DNA of 64,000 bases from a virus (IMGVR_UViG_3300020471_000006:1-64000); one strand, 5' to 3'; shown: positions 19,996 to 27,747, counted from the first letter of the stretch. Translations and numbers: made by a program. The notes: generated from the letters alone by a model not told the origin.

Positions 19996-20408
19996 CTTTG
20001 TATGAGAGTTTGGTTGGTGATCCCTGGTCCTTGATAACTCTGGGTGAATTGAAATGCTGCACCTGGAGTCGTCTGTGTGAAGTTGCTTTGGCTGGAGAAG
20101 TCTAATGCATCGTGAGAAGATGTTACTGACCCTGTTATGGCTCCGTCTCCTGTTCCGACGCTCGGAGATATTGTTACTGTTGATGTGTTCACATTGGGAT
20201 TGAGTGGTTCTCCGTTGTTGGAAACCCCTACCCCTGTCACTGAATATTCCCATCCTGTCCTATAATCAATTGAATTTATTGTCTCCGTGACCGTAGATTC
20301 AGTCTCGGTGTGGCTCGTCATGGACCCTTGCTGGAAGTTGGGGACCACTGGTACAGCAAGGGTTTTAGACGGAATTAATAATATTAATATAGTTATAAGT
20401 CTTTTCAT
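19944..20408 (-). CDS. secreted hypothetical protein
   Basis: Signal peptide MKRLITILILLIPSKTLA. Confidence 0.8.
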   Translation of the reverse strand: MKRLITILILLIPSKTLAVPVVPNFQQGSMTSHTETESTVTETINSIDYRTGWEYSVTGVGVSNNGEPLNPNVNTSTVTISPSVGTGDGAITGSVTSSHDALDFSSQSNFTQTTPGAAFQFTQSYQGPGITNQTLIQRLTTVKSVTDTTSVFTQ

Positions 20409-20419
20409 GACCTACATTC

Positions 20420-20926
20420 CTAGTCAATCTGAAGCTCAGTTACAAACTGTCCAGTAGCTACAGTACCTGCCCCACCAGCTGTTACGGTCAGAGCACCCTG
20501 TGAATTTACAGTTCCAGCCAAGTTTCCTGCGGTTCCTGCTCCAGTAGACAATTGGTTACTCAATGCACTAACAGCACCTACTGAAGGAGCAGATGTTACT
20601 AGAGCATCACCTTGAGTGAACGCAGTAGAGAAGCTGAATGCCTCACCTGGATCGTCTTGTGTAGCACTAATAGTACCAGGACCATAGACACCTGATGCTA
20701 TAGCACCAGCACTCACTGTGTTAGCTGTCGTTCCATCAGTTGTGTCAACGTTAGTACCAGATATGCTATAAGAATTTCCTACTCGCTGCATCTGTGTTGC
20801 AGCTGCGTTAACCTGTAGTTGAACACTGGATGTAAATCTTGATGTTAGGTCTGCTCTCACTGGTGTCGCTAGAGCACCTACACTAGCAATCATCATTAAA
20901 GGAATAAATTTTTTCATTTTACTCAC
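20420..20926 (-). CDS. secreted beta-rich hypothetical protein
   Basis: Signal peptide MKKFIPLMMIASVGALATPVRA. Confidence 0.8.
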   Translation of the reverse strand: MSKMKKFIPLMMIASVGALATPVRADLTSRFTSSVQLQVNAAATQMQRVGNSYSISGTNVDTTDGTTANTVSAGAIASGVYGPGTISATQDDPGEAFSFSTAFTQGDALVTSAPSVGAVSALSNQLSTGAGTAGNLAGTVNSQGALTVTAGGAGTVATGQFVTELQID

Positions 20927-20940
20927 AATATCTCCGCAAT

Positions 20941-20948
20941 TATTTATA
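20941..20948 (-). promoter_or_regulatory. T4-type late promoter for minus-strand operon
   Basis: TATAAATA on minus strand, 15 nt before GTG 20926. Confidence 0.75.
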
Positions 20949-21048
20949 CTTCTTCATATTGTCTGCTTTGATACCATTTATATAAAGGTTTCTTATGCAC
21001 CTTATCAGCATCTTTTATAGAGGTTGTGTTGTCCGTACAATTACCTAG

Positions 21049-21077
21049 TTGACGGAGTTTAATCTTTGCTATATAAT
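21049..21077 (+). promoter_or_regulatory. sigma70-type promoter for hli cluster
   Basis: TTGACG-17 nt-TATAAT. Confidence 0.8.
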
Positions 21078-21103
21078 TATGTTACGTTTCTTTACAAACT
21101 ATC

Positions 21104-21292
21104 ATGACTACTATAACCGAATACGGCAAAGTAAACATGTTTGCTAAGGAACCACCTATCCAAGTTATACAACAGGACAAAACCATGAACGAGAATGCAG
21201 AGCTACAGAACGGACGTTGGGCTATGGTCGGCATTCTTGCTGGTCTAGGTGCTTACTTAACAACAGGACAAATCATACCAGGTATTTTTTAA
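21104..21292 (+). CDS. hli: high-light inducible protein
   Basis: AELQNGRWAM...TTGQIIPGIF. Confidence 0.95.
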   Translation: MTTITEYGKVNMFAKEPPIQVIQQDKTMNENAELQNGRWAMVGILAGLGAYLTTGQIIPGIF

Positions 21293-21361
21293 GATACTAG
21301 GTCTTTACACCACTCGCATAGCGAGACACTTTTAACCCTCAATCTAAAAAGGAGAATTACA

Positions 21362-21469
21362 ATGACACCAGAAGCAGAAAAGTTTAATGGCTGGATGGCC
21401 ATGCTAGGAATCGTTGCAGCACTAGGTGCTTATGCAACAACAGGACAAATCATACCAGGTATATTCTAA
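21362..21469 (+). CDS. hli: high-light inducible protein (35 aa)
   Basis: MTPEAEKFNGWMAM...TTGQIIPGIF; AAGGAG RBS. Confidence 0.93.
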   Translation: MTPEAEKFNGWMAMLGIVAALGAYATTGQIIPGIF

Positions 21470-21570
21470 TGACAAACGCAGCAATTTGGCAGAGAGCTAA
21501 CGGTAGGTTCGCAATGGTTGCTTTTTGGGCAATCGTAGGTGCTTATACGCATTTCAAATACTTCACATAA
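21469..21570 (+). CDS. hli: divergent HLIP-like protein (33 aa)
   Basis: WQRANGRFAM; TAATG coupling. Confidence 0.75.
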   Translation: MTNAAIWQRANGRFAMVAFWAIVGAYTHFKYFT

Positions 21571-21610
21571 CTAAATAGTTACTCGTAAAAATTTTCAAAG
21601 GGACATATTC

Positions 21611-21796
21611 ATGAGCGACTTAACAGCCGCATCAGATACAATTTCACCACTAGTAGCAGTCCTCTGGGTTTTATATCCCATGACTGCTTTAGTCTTGATT
21701 GAACTACTTCTTCGTGCGTTTAATGATGACGACGATGATGATGGTGGTAAAGGAGTGCGAGTAACACAACTTCAAACTGTCCCAACAGGAGCTTGA
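21611..21796 (+). CDS. small membrane protein with poly-Asp tail
   Basis: 61 aa, TM then NDDDDDDGG; CTAAATA upstream. Confidence 0.7.
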   Translation: MSDLTAASDTISPLVAVLWVLYPMTALVLIELLLRAFNDDDDDDGGKGVRVTQLQTVPTGA

Positions 21797-21821
21797 CACA
21801 GAGTAAAAATACCTATATAGT
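21793..21821 (+). promoter_or_regulatory. sigma70-type promoter
   Basis: TTGACA-17 nt-TATAGT. Confidence 0.7.
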
Positions 21822-21843
21822 ATGATAAGTATTTTTACTCACC

Positions 21844-21918
21844 ATGTATCAAGCATTATTTTTCTTAATCGTAGCATCATATACTTTTACCAATGTTGGT
21901 CAATACGCTTTTCAATAA
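21844..21918 (+). CDS. 24 aa hydrophobic micro-ORF
   Basis: MYQALFFLIVASYTFTNVGQYAFQ directly after a promoter. Confidence 0.4.
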   Translation: MYQALFFLIVASYTFTNVGQYAFQ

Positions 21919-21991
21919 TGAATGGTATCCATTAATTGAATTCTGTGGTATGATTACCATAGGAATAACTTTGGGACCAATAATCCAATGA
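21893..21991 (+). CDS. 32 aa hydrophobic micro-ORF
   Basis: MLVNTLFNNEWYPLIEFCGMITIGITLGPIIQ; TGA overlaps next ATG. Confidence 0.5.
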   Translation: MLVNTLFNNEWYPLIEFCGMITIGITLGPIIQ

Positions 21992-22269
21992 CATTTTTAA
22001 TTGCAGTAATGTCCTTTGCGAACTTTGTGTTCTATCCTCTAGTGGTAGGTACTATCATCGCAGTAATAATAGAACAGATCTTCAGAGCAACAGGTAACGA
22101 GGATGATCCTATAGCAGTAAGGAATGTGTTCCTTTCTATGGGTATCAGAAAGTATCTCTGGAGACAGGCATGGTTGTTCAACATCATTTGGTTTGTTGGA
22201 TACTTCATACTTCTAGTCACCAACAGACCAGGTCAATCAGCAATGCCTGACATGATCTGGCAAGGCTGA
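21988..22269 (+). CDS. membrane protein
   Basis: 93 aa, two hydrophobic segments. Confidence 0.75.
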   Translation: MTFLIAVMSFANFVFYPLVVGTIIAVIIEQIFRATGNEDDPIAVRNVFLSMGIRKYLWRQAWLFNIIWFVGYFILLVTNRPGQSAMPDMIWQG

Positions 22270-22348
22270 CATTACTTGACAAGTAAGCAGAAGTACCTAC
22301 TATATAATCATAACCATTAGGACTCGAAACTATCGTAACCCTACTACT

Positions 22349-22465
22349 ATGACTACTATCACAAAAAACAAGCACGAGATAATGTGGTGGATGAGCCGAC
22401 TCACCATCATGACTTGCTCACTCTTTCTTTCTTTCCGATTAGCCGCTAGTGCGTGGGCTGTATAA
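22349..22465 (+). CDS. 38 aa membrane micro-protein
   Basis: MTTITKNKHEIMWWMSRLTIM...; TTGACA promoter at 22276. Confidence 0.55.
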   Translation: MTTITKNKHEIMWWMSRLTIMTCSLFLSFRLAASAWAV

Positions 22466-22470
22466 CTATT

Positions 22471-22614
22471 ATGTCAACTGAAGAATGTCTTATAATACTA
22501 GAAAGATTTGGTTACTCTGGTAAGAATGCAGAAGCATGTGCTAAAGAGTGGTCAAGTAAGTTCAACGTTTCGTTTGGACTTGTGAAATATTATGAGACAT
22601 ACTTTAATAAGTAG
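22471..22614 (+). CDS. 47 aa hypothetical protein
   Basis: MSTEECLIILERFGYSG... Confidence 0.5.
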   Translation: MSTEECLIILERFGYSGKNAEACAKEWSSKFNVSFGLVKYYETYFNK

Positions 22615-22644
22615 ACTAAATAATAGTACGTTACTTATATAATA

Positions 22645-22872
22645 ATGCCACCATTACATATGAGAGAGCAACTATTACGTGCAGTATTAGCACATGCTCA
22701 AGGTGAGATCGCAAAACATAAAGCAAATGTTGAAGTGTATCTTGAACATCCAGCAGGTATCGGAGAGCACTCTGATATTACTGAAGCAATACAAGTAGAG
22801 TTAGATAAGATTGCAAGGTATGATGACCAAGTTAATGTCATCAATAAGTATTTTAAAAATCCTAGTACATGA
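22645..22872 (+). CDS. conserved small phage protein
   Basis: HAQGEI.KH.ANVEVYL.HP.GIGEHSDI; start may be 22660. Confidence 0.8.
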   Translation: MPPLHMREQLLRAVLAHAQGEIAKHKANVEVYLEHPAGIGEHSDITEAIQVELDKIARYDDQVNVINKYFKNPST

Positions 22873-22886
22873 TTTGATATTTTATA

Positions 22887-23600
22887 ATGACTTTATCATT
22901 ACAACTTAAAGAGGGGACCAAAGAGTCTCACTCAGCAGCAGAGAACACTAAGTTCGTTGCATCCTTTCTTAGGGGTGTGGTGGACTATGAAGAGTATCGT
23001 AAACTACTAACCAATTTCTATTATGTCTATGACACAATGGAACAGAGGATCAGAGAGACAGAAGATCCAATGGTTAAAGCAATCAGATCTGAAAGCTTAG
23101 AACGTAAGGAAGGTATCGAGAGAGATCTTGAATACTATTATGGTCCTGAATGGAAAGACAAACAGATACCATCAGAAGCATGTAATAAGTACTGCCACAG
23201 ACTTAATGAAGTAGCAGAAGAGAATCCTTATTTACTTGTCGCTCATCATTACACCAGATATATTGGTGACCTGTCTGGTGGAAAGATCCTTAAAGAAATT
23301 ACTAAACGTGTCCTCAACCCTCCAGTTGGTAAAGGACTAGACTTCTATGAGTTTCCTAGCATTCCTGATGCTAAGGAGTTCAAGAATAATTACAGAGCAT
23401 CATTGGATACACTTGGATGTGACGAACATCAGGTCAATGCATTGATTACTGAAGCAAACTATGCATTCAGGTTGAACATGTATATGTTTGATGAGATACA
23501 AGGCAAGGCATCACAAGGGTTCTTGAAACTGGCATGGAGTTATGTCCAACAAATATTAGGAGAACTTATAGTATCTAAAAGATTTCGTAATAAGACTTGA
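22887..23600 (+). CDS. ho1: heme oxygenase
   Basis: LKEGTKESH, HHYTRYIGDLSGG, EANYAFRLNM. Confidence 0.95.
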   Translation: MTLSLQLKEGTKESHSAAENTKFVASFLRGVVDYEEYRKLLTNFYYVYDTMEQRIRETEDPMVKAIRSESLERKEGIERDLEYYYGPEWKDKQIPSEACNKYCHRLNEVAEENPYLLVAHHYTRYIGDLSGGKILKEITKRVLNPPVGKGLDFYEFPSIPDAKEFKNNYRASLDTLGCDEHQVNALITEANYAFRLNMYMFDEIQGKASQGFLKLAWSYVQQILGELIVSKRFRNKT

Positions 23601-23630
23601 CACCAACTTAACATTGTGTTACTATAAATA
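23597..23630 (+). promoter_or_regulatory. overlapping sigma70 and late promoter for psbA
   Basis: TTGACA-17 nt-TACTAT plus TATAAATA at 23623-23630. Confidence 0.75.
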
Positions 23631-23635
23631 AATCG

Positions 23636-23695
23636 GTGAGCAAATGCTCATCATATACTCCCCCTAACCAAGACCATGGGGTTATAATGTCTTTT
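23636..23695 (+). ncRNA. psbA leader structure, PhotoRC-II-like
   Basis: Hairpin GAGCA/TGCTC, then crossing pairs CCCC/GGGG and AAGAC/GTCTT (pseudoknot); family name from memory. Confidence 0.55.
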
Positions 23696-23724
23696 TATAC
23701 CAACTCTAAACGCAATCTTCTTCA

Positions 23725-24807
23725 ATGACAAGTATTACTCGTAGAGAGCAAGGCTTGCTATCTGGATGGACTGAGTTCTGTGAGTGGGTTACTTCAACTA
23801 ACAACAGAATATATGTTGGTTGGTTCGGAGTCTTAATGATTCCATGCTTACTCGCAGCAACTACATGCTTCATCATAGCATTCATCGCTGCTCCTCCTGT
23901 CGATATCGATGGGATCCGTGAACCTGTTGCAGGTTCATTCTTATATGGTAACAACATCATCTCTGGTGCTGTCGTTCCATCATCCAACGCTATTGGATTA
24001 CACTTCTACCCTATATGGGAAGCTGCTACTCTAGATGAGTGGTTGTATAATGGTGGTCCTTATCAGTTGGTTATCTTCCACTTCCTCATCGGCATCAGTG
24101 CCTATATGGGTCGTCAGTGGGAGTTATCATACCGTTTAGGTATGAGACCTTGGATCTGTGTTGCATATTCTGCACCAGTATCTGCTGCATTCGCAGTCTT
24201 CTTAGTGTATCCATTTGGTCAGGGATCTTTCTCTGATGGTATGCCTTTAGGTATATCTGGTACGTTCAACTTCATGTTCGTATTCCAAGCAGAGCATAAT
24301 ATACTGATGCACCCCTTCCATATGGCAGGTGTCGCAGGTATGTTCGGTGGAGCACTCTTCTCTGCTATGCATGGTTCACTAGTTACTTCTTCACTCATTC
24401 GTGAAACCACTGGGTTAGATTCTCAGAACTATGGTTACAAGTTTGGACAAGAGGAAGAGACTTATAACATCGTTGCTGCTCATGGATACTTCGGTAGACT
24501 TATCTTCCAGTATGCATCATTCAACAACAGTAGAAGTCTTCACTTCTTCCTAGCATCATGGCCTGTGATCTGTGTATGGTTAACCTCTATGGGTATCTGC
24601 ACAATGGCATTCAACCTTAACGGTTTCAACTTCAACCAGTCAGTCGTAGACGCATCTGGTAAGGTGGTTCCTACTTGGGGTGATGTGCTTAACAGAGCAA
24701 ACTTGGGTATGGAAGTTATGCATGAAAGAAATGCACACAACTTCCCACTAGACTTAGCATCTGCTGAGACTAGTGAAGTTGCACTCGTTGCTCCTTCAGT
24801 TGGTTGA
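23725..24807 (+). CDS. psbA: photosystem II D1 protein
   Basis: Full 360 aa D1, no intron, C-terminal HNFPLDLA plus extension. Confidence 0.99.
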   Translation: MTSITRREQGLLSGWTEFCEWVTSTNNRIYVGWFGVLMIPCLLAATTCFIIAFIAAPPVDIDGIREPVAGSFLYGNNIISGAVVPSSNAIGLHFYPIWEAATLDEWLYNGGPYQLVIFHFLIGISAYMGRQWELSYRLGMRPWICVAYSAPVSAAFAVFLVYPFGQGSFSDGMPLGISGTFNFMFVFQAEHNILMHPFHMAGVAGMFGGALFSAMHGSLVTSSLIRETTGLDSQNYGYKFGQEEETYNIVAAHGYFGRLIFQYASFNNSRSLHFFLASWPVICVWLTSMGICTMAFNLNGFNFNQSVVDASGKVVPTWGDVLNRANLGMEVMHERNAHNFPLDLASAETSEVALVAPSVG

Positions 24808-24830
24808 CACATAACTAACAACATGATAAG

Positions 24831-24858
24831 ATGGGTGGGTAATACCACCCATTTTTTT
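24831..24858 (+). terminator. intrinsic terminator after psbA
   Basis: ATGGGTGG-GTAATA-CCACCCAT plus T run. Confidence 0.85.
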
Positions 24859-25140
24859 ATGCATGGAAATCTAGAACCAGAGGAAAAAGTCTTTGGAATG
24901 AATGTCACAGTGTATTCTTCTCATGGTTGTTTTTATTGTGAACAGATGAAACTCCTGATGCAGAAGGCAAACTTAACTTACAAAGAGATTGAAGTTGATG
25001 TTACTAACCGTGCTTCTTTTATAAAAAAATATCCTGACGCTAAAGGATATCCGTATGTTATAATAGATGGCAAACCTATTGGTGGCCTTGTTGAGACTGC
25101 TAAAGAGTTGCTTAAGAAAGGATATATTCATGCCAGATAA
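24859..25140 (+). CDS. glutaredoxin-like protein
   Basis: CFYC, YPYVIIDG..IGG; start 24859 or 24898. Confidence 0.85.
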   Translation: MHGNLEPEEKVFGMNVTVYSSHGCFYCEQMKLLMQKANLTYKEIEVDVTNRASFIKKYPDAKGYPYVIIDGKPIGGLVETAKELLKKGYIHAR

Positions 25141-25312
25141 AAGTAAGCCTCCAGATCTGTCTATAAATAAAGGTATAGAATTAATGCTTAGGAGGAAGAA
25201 GACAGAACCTATACCAAAGAAAGGTTTTGGTTTTAAGAAAGCGTTCTCTCTGTTCAGACGTAATTATTATTTTGTAATTGATCTGAGGTGGGAGAAGAAC
25301 ACACAATCATAA
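25130..25312 (+). CDS. basic hypothetical protein
   Basis: INKGIELMLRR; ATG 25130 overlaps the glutaredoxin end. Confidence 0.7.
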   Translation: MPDKSKPPDLSINKGIELMLRRKKTEPIPKKGFGFKKAFSLFRRNYYFVIDLRWEKNTQS

Positions 25313-25325
25313 CTGGAGAAGTACA

Positions 25326-25559
25326 ATGACAGATACTACGATTCTTTATTTTTCGGCTACATTATCTTTTTTGTTTTTATGTGTTGGAGTCATTGTTGGT
25401 TGGACAGCAAAAGATTTTGCACATGATTACATGTGGTCTAGAGATGAGGTAGGATATCACCCAGAAATGTATGATGAAAATGGCATGATGATCAATGAAC
25501 AACTACTATCAGTAAAATTTATTAATGAGGATGAAATAGATGAAACTTCTGATGCATGA
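25326..25559 (+). CDS. single-TM hypothetical protein
   Basis: HPEMYDENG motif; GGAG RBS. Confidence 0.75.
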   Translation: MTDTTILYFSATLSFLFLCVGVIVGWTAKDFAHDYMWSRDEVGYHPEMYDENGMMINEQLLSVKFINEDEIDETSDA

Positions 25560-25971
25560 GGTACTACAAAAAGTATCCAACGCAAAAACAAAGAAAGAAA
25601 AGATTGCATTGTTGAAAGAGTATAACACTCAAGCACTGCGGTCTTTATTCATCATCAATTTTGATGACACAGTAATTAGTATGCTACCACCAGGTGATGT
25701 ACCTTACACACCTAACGATGCACCAGAAGGTACAGAGCATACTCTTTTAGAGAAGGAAGCAAGGTTGCTTCATCATTTCTTTAAGGGTGGATCAAATGTA
25801 TCTCAGGTCAAGCGTGAGAATATGTTTATTCAAATGCTAGAGGGTCTCAATAAAGGTGAGGCAGAAGTTCTTATCCTTGCTAAAGATAAAAAGATAGGTA
25901 AGCGATGGAAGATTACTAAGGCATGTGTGTCTGAAGCATTCCCTTCTATCCAATGGGGTGGTAGGTCATAA
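25540..25971 (+). CDS. conserved T4-like hypothetical protein
   Basis: HEVLQKVS...LP.G.VPY.PN...RE.MFIQMLEGL. Confidence 0.8.
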   Translation: MKLLMHEVLQKVSNAKTKKEKIALLKEYNTQALRSLFIINFDDTVISMLPPGDVPYTPNDAPEGTEHTLLEKEARLLHHFFKGGSNVSQVKRENMFIQMLEGLNKGEAEVLILAKDKKIGKRWKITKACVSEAFPSIQWGGRS

Positions 25972-26487
25972 GTGAAGAAAGATATCTTTGCTATCCCTGT
26001 CTTCGAAGAGAAGATTAACCTAAAGAAAATAAAGACTGGCGTTGGTGAGTTCTCACCCACTTGGGAGAGTGGGGTGCTCACCACTTTTAATAATGGTCTT
26101 AAGGTTTATGACAGTACATGGACATACTTGTTGACAGTAGTCAGACCACTGTTAGAATCCCTACCAGATACTCCTAAGTCGATTGAGTTTATGGGTATGT
26201 GGAGGAACAAATATGATCCTCGATCCTATCAAGGATATCATATTCATCCGAATGCACAGTGGAGTTACATCATTTATGAAACTGTAACATCCAAGACTGC
26301 ATTCGTTCATCCCATCATGCCATTGATTCAAAATCATTTTGGTGATACCTCAAAGGTATTCCGAATGGATTACAGACCTAACCTAGAACCAGGATCTATG
26401 ATAATGTTTCCATCCTTCTTAGGACATGAAGTATTACCTGGAAATACTGGTACAACTTTGTCTGGTAACATAACTGTTGAGTATTAA
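25972..26487 (+). CDS. 2OG-Fe(II) oxygenase superfamily protein
   Basis: HIHPNAQWSYIIY...FPSFLGHEV. Confidence 0.75.
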   Translation: MKKDIFAIPVFEEKINLKKIKTGVGEFSPTWESGVLTTFNNGLKVYDSTWTYLLTVVRPLLESLPDTPKSIEFMGMWRNKYDPRSYQGYHIHPNAQWSYIIYETVTSKTAFVHPIMPLIQNHFGDTSKVFRMDYRPNLEPGSMIMFPSFLGHEVLPGNTGTTLSGNITVEY

Positions 26488-26524
26488 ATGATACACTCTA
26501 TATAAATTACACGCATCAAACGCT

Positions 26525-27073
26525 ATGAGATTAGGAGTATTATGTTCTGGCAACGGAACCAACTTCGAAAATATCCTTAGATCATGTTGGGAAGATGAGG
26601 TTGTGTTGATGATACACAACAAGAAAGATTGTGGTGCTGCTAAGAGAGCAGAAAAATTTGGTGTTCCTCATTGTTATATAAAACATAAGGATGAGGAACA
26701 GATCATTCAACTAATGCAAGCATGGAGAGTTGATCTTATTGTTCTTGCTGGATACATGAAGGTGATTTCACCTGAATTTGTTAAAGCATTTCCCAATAGA
26801 ATAATTAATTTACATCCATCACTGCTTCCGAAGTACAAAGGACTTCATGCAATCGAACAAGCATTGGAGTCAGGTGATAAGGAAACAGGTTGCACAGTTC
26901 ACTATGTAAATGATGAGTTAGATTCAGGTGAGGTCATACTTCAATACGAAGTACCAATTGAACCTGATGATACAGTAGAAACATTAACACCAAGAATACA
27001 GAGACAAGAATATGCAATTCTTCCAGAAGCCATCAAACAAGTTAAGCAACGGAGAACAGTTGGAGTTAATTGA
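26525..27073 (+). CDS. purN: phosphoribosylglycinamide formyltransferase
   Basis: SGNGTNF, LAGYMK, INLHPSLLPKY, GCTVHYV..D.G. Confidence 0.97.
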   Translation: MRLGVLCSGNGTNFENILRSCWEDEVVLMIHNKKDCGAAKRAEKFGVPHCYIKHKDEEQIIQLMQAWRVDLIVLAGYMKVISPEFVKAFPNRIINLHPSLLPKYKGLHAIEQALESGDKETGCTVHYVNDELDSGEVILQYEVPIEPDDTVETLTPRIQRQEYAILPEAIKQVKQRRTVGVN

Positions 27074-27224
27074 TATAGTTTGTAGAATGATATCAACAGA
27101 CGGAGAAGTTTCTTTAAAGGAACGAATCTGGATGCAAGAAAAACTCGATAACAATATACCTGCCAGAGAAATGGTCGGTGCTATGTTGTGTCCTGATTAT
27201 GTACCACATTCATACGAAAATTAA
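27012..27224 (+). CDS. small TerB-like protein, start uncertain
   Basis: MISTDGEVSLKER resembles the TerB DG.v...E motif. Confidence 0.55.
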   Translation: MQFFQKPSNKLSNGEQLELIDIVCRMISTDGEVSLKERIWMQEKLDNNIPAREMVGAMLCPDYVPHSYEN

Positions 27225-27228
27225 GAAT

Positions 27229-27244
27229 TGTATCAAAGACTACA
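27229..27244 (+). promoter_or_regulatory. NtcA-type binding site
   Basis: TGTA-TCAAAGAC-TACA, exact TGTA-N8-TACA. Confidence 0.7.
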
Positions 27245-27251
27245 GTTTTAT

Positions 27252-27280
27252 TTGACTATATAATATAACTGTGTTAATAT
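27252..27280 (+). promoter_or_regulatory. sigma70-type promoter
   Basis: TTGACT-17 nt-TAATAT with extended TG. Confidence 0.65.
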
Positions 27281-27287
27281 TAACACA

Positions 27288-27335
27288 ATCGTTCATCCCG
27301 AAAGGGACGCAAGTAAGCCGACACGGAACGGAACG
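27288..27335 (+). ncRNA. glutamine riboswitch-like motif 1 (glnA/Downstream-peptide class)
   Basis: CGTTCA-TCCC-GAAA-GGGA-CGCAAGTAAG...GGAACG; P1 CGTTC/GAACG. Confidence 0.7.
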
Positions 27336-27520
27336 TTCATCCCATGTTTCATCTAGCAGTTATTGCAACTACCTTTTCTTGTATCGATGCTCAACTATTG
27401 GTTGATAAGATCAATGAGTTTAAGATAGAAGAAGAGACACGAGCTGAGATGATCAGTATAGTGTTAGAAGAAACAACTCATTGTGAGTGGGACGCAAATG
27501 CCGACTGAAGGAACGGGGTC
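27334..27520 (+). ncRNA. glutamine riboswitch-like motif 2 with an ORF in its P2 loop
   Basis: CGTTCA-TCCC-[145 nt]-GGGA-CGCAAATGCCGACTGAAGGAACGGG. Confidence 0.6.
27344..27508 (+). CDS. 54 aa peptide embedded in riboswitch motif 2
   Basis: MFHLAVIATTFSCIDAQ...HCEWDANAD. Confidence 0.6.
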   Translation: MFHLAVIATTFSCIDAQLLVDKINEFKIEEETRAEMISIVLEETTHCEWDANAD

Positions 27521-27548
27521 TTATACACCCTATCCAGAGGACACGCCA

Positions 27549-27689
27549 ATGGCACAAGTCACTTACCGTGGAGTCAAGTATGACTCTGAAGAGTACCGCA
27601 ACATGGTACAAGCAGAAGCACAACATAGAAACCATGATCTAATGTATCGTGGTATCAAAGTAGAACGCAAGTTCGCTTCTAAGAGCTAA
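27549..27689 (+). CDS. DUF4278-like small protein with YRG motifs
   Basis: MAQVTYRGVKY...LMYRGIK; GAGG RBS. Confidence 0.8.
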   Translation: MAQVTYRGVKYDSEEYRNMVQAEAQHRNHDLMYRGIKVERKFASKS

Positions 27690-27714
27690 ATCAAAAATCA
27701 CTTTTGATTTCTAT

Positions 27715-27747
27715 AAATCCAGGAAAAATTTTTCCTGGATTTTTTTG
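27715..27747 (+). terminator. palindromic terminator-like element
   Basis: 28 nt perfect palindrome AAATCCAGGAAAAA/TTTTTCCTGGATTT plus T run. Confidence 0.75.

Noticed and set aside
21078-21096. NtcA-like site at the hli promoter
   Set aside because: It reads GTT-N9-TAC, with the wrong half-site and spacing.
23725-24807. Intron or homing element in psbA (also checked nrdA and nrdB)
   Set aside because: All three frames are continuous and of normal length, with no intein motifs.
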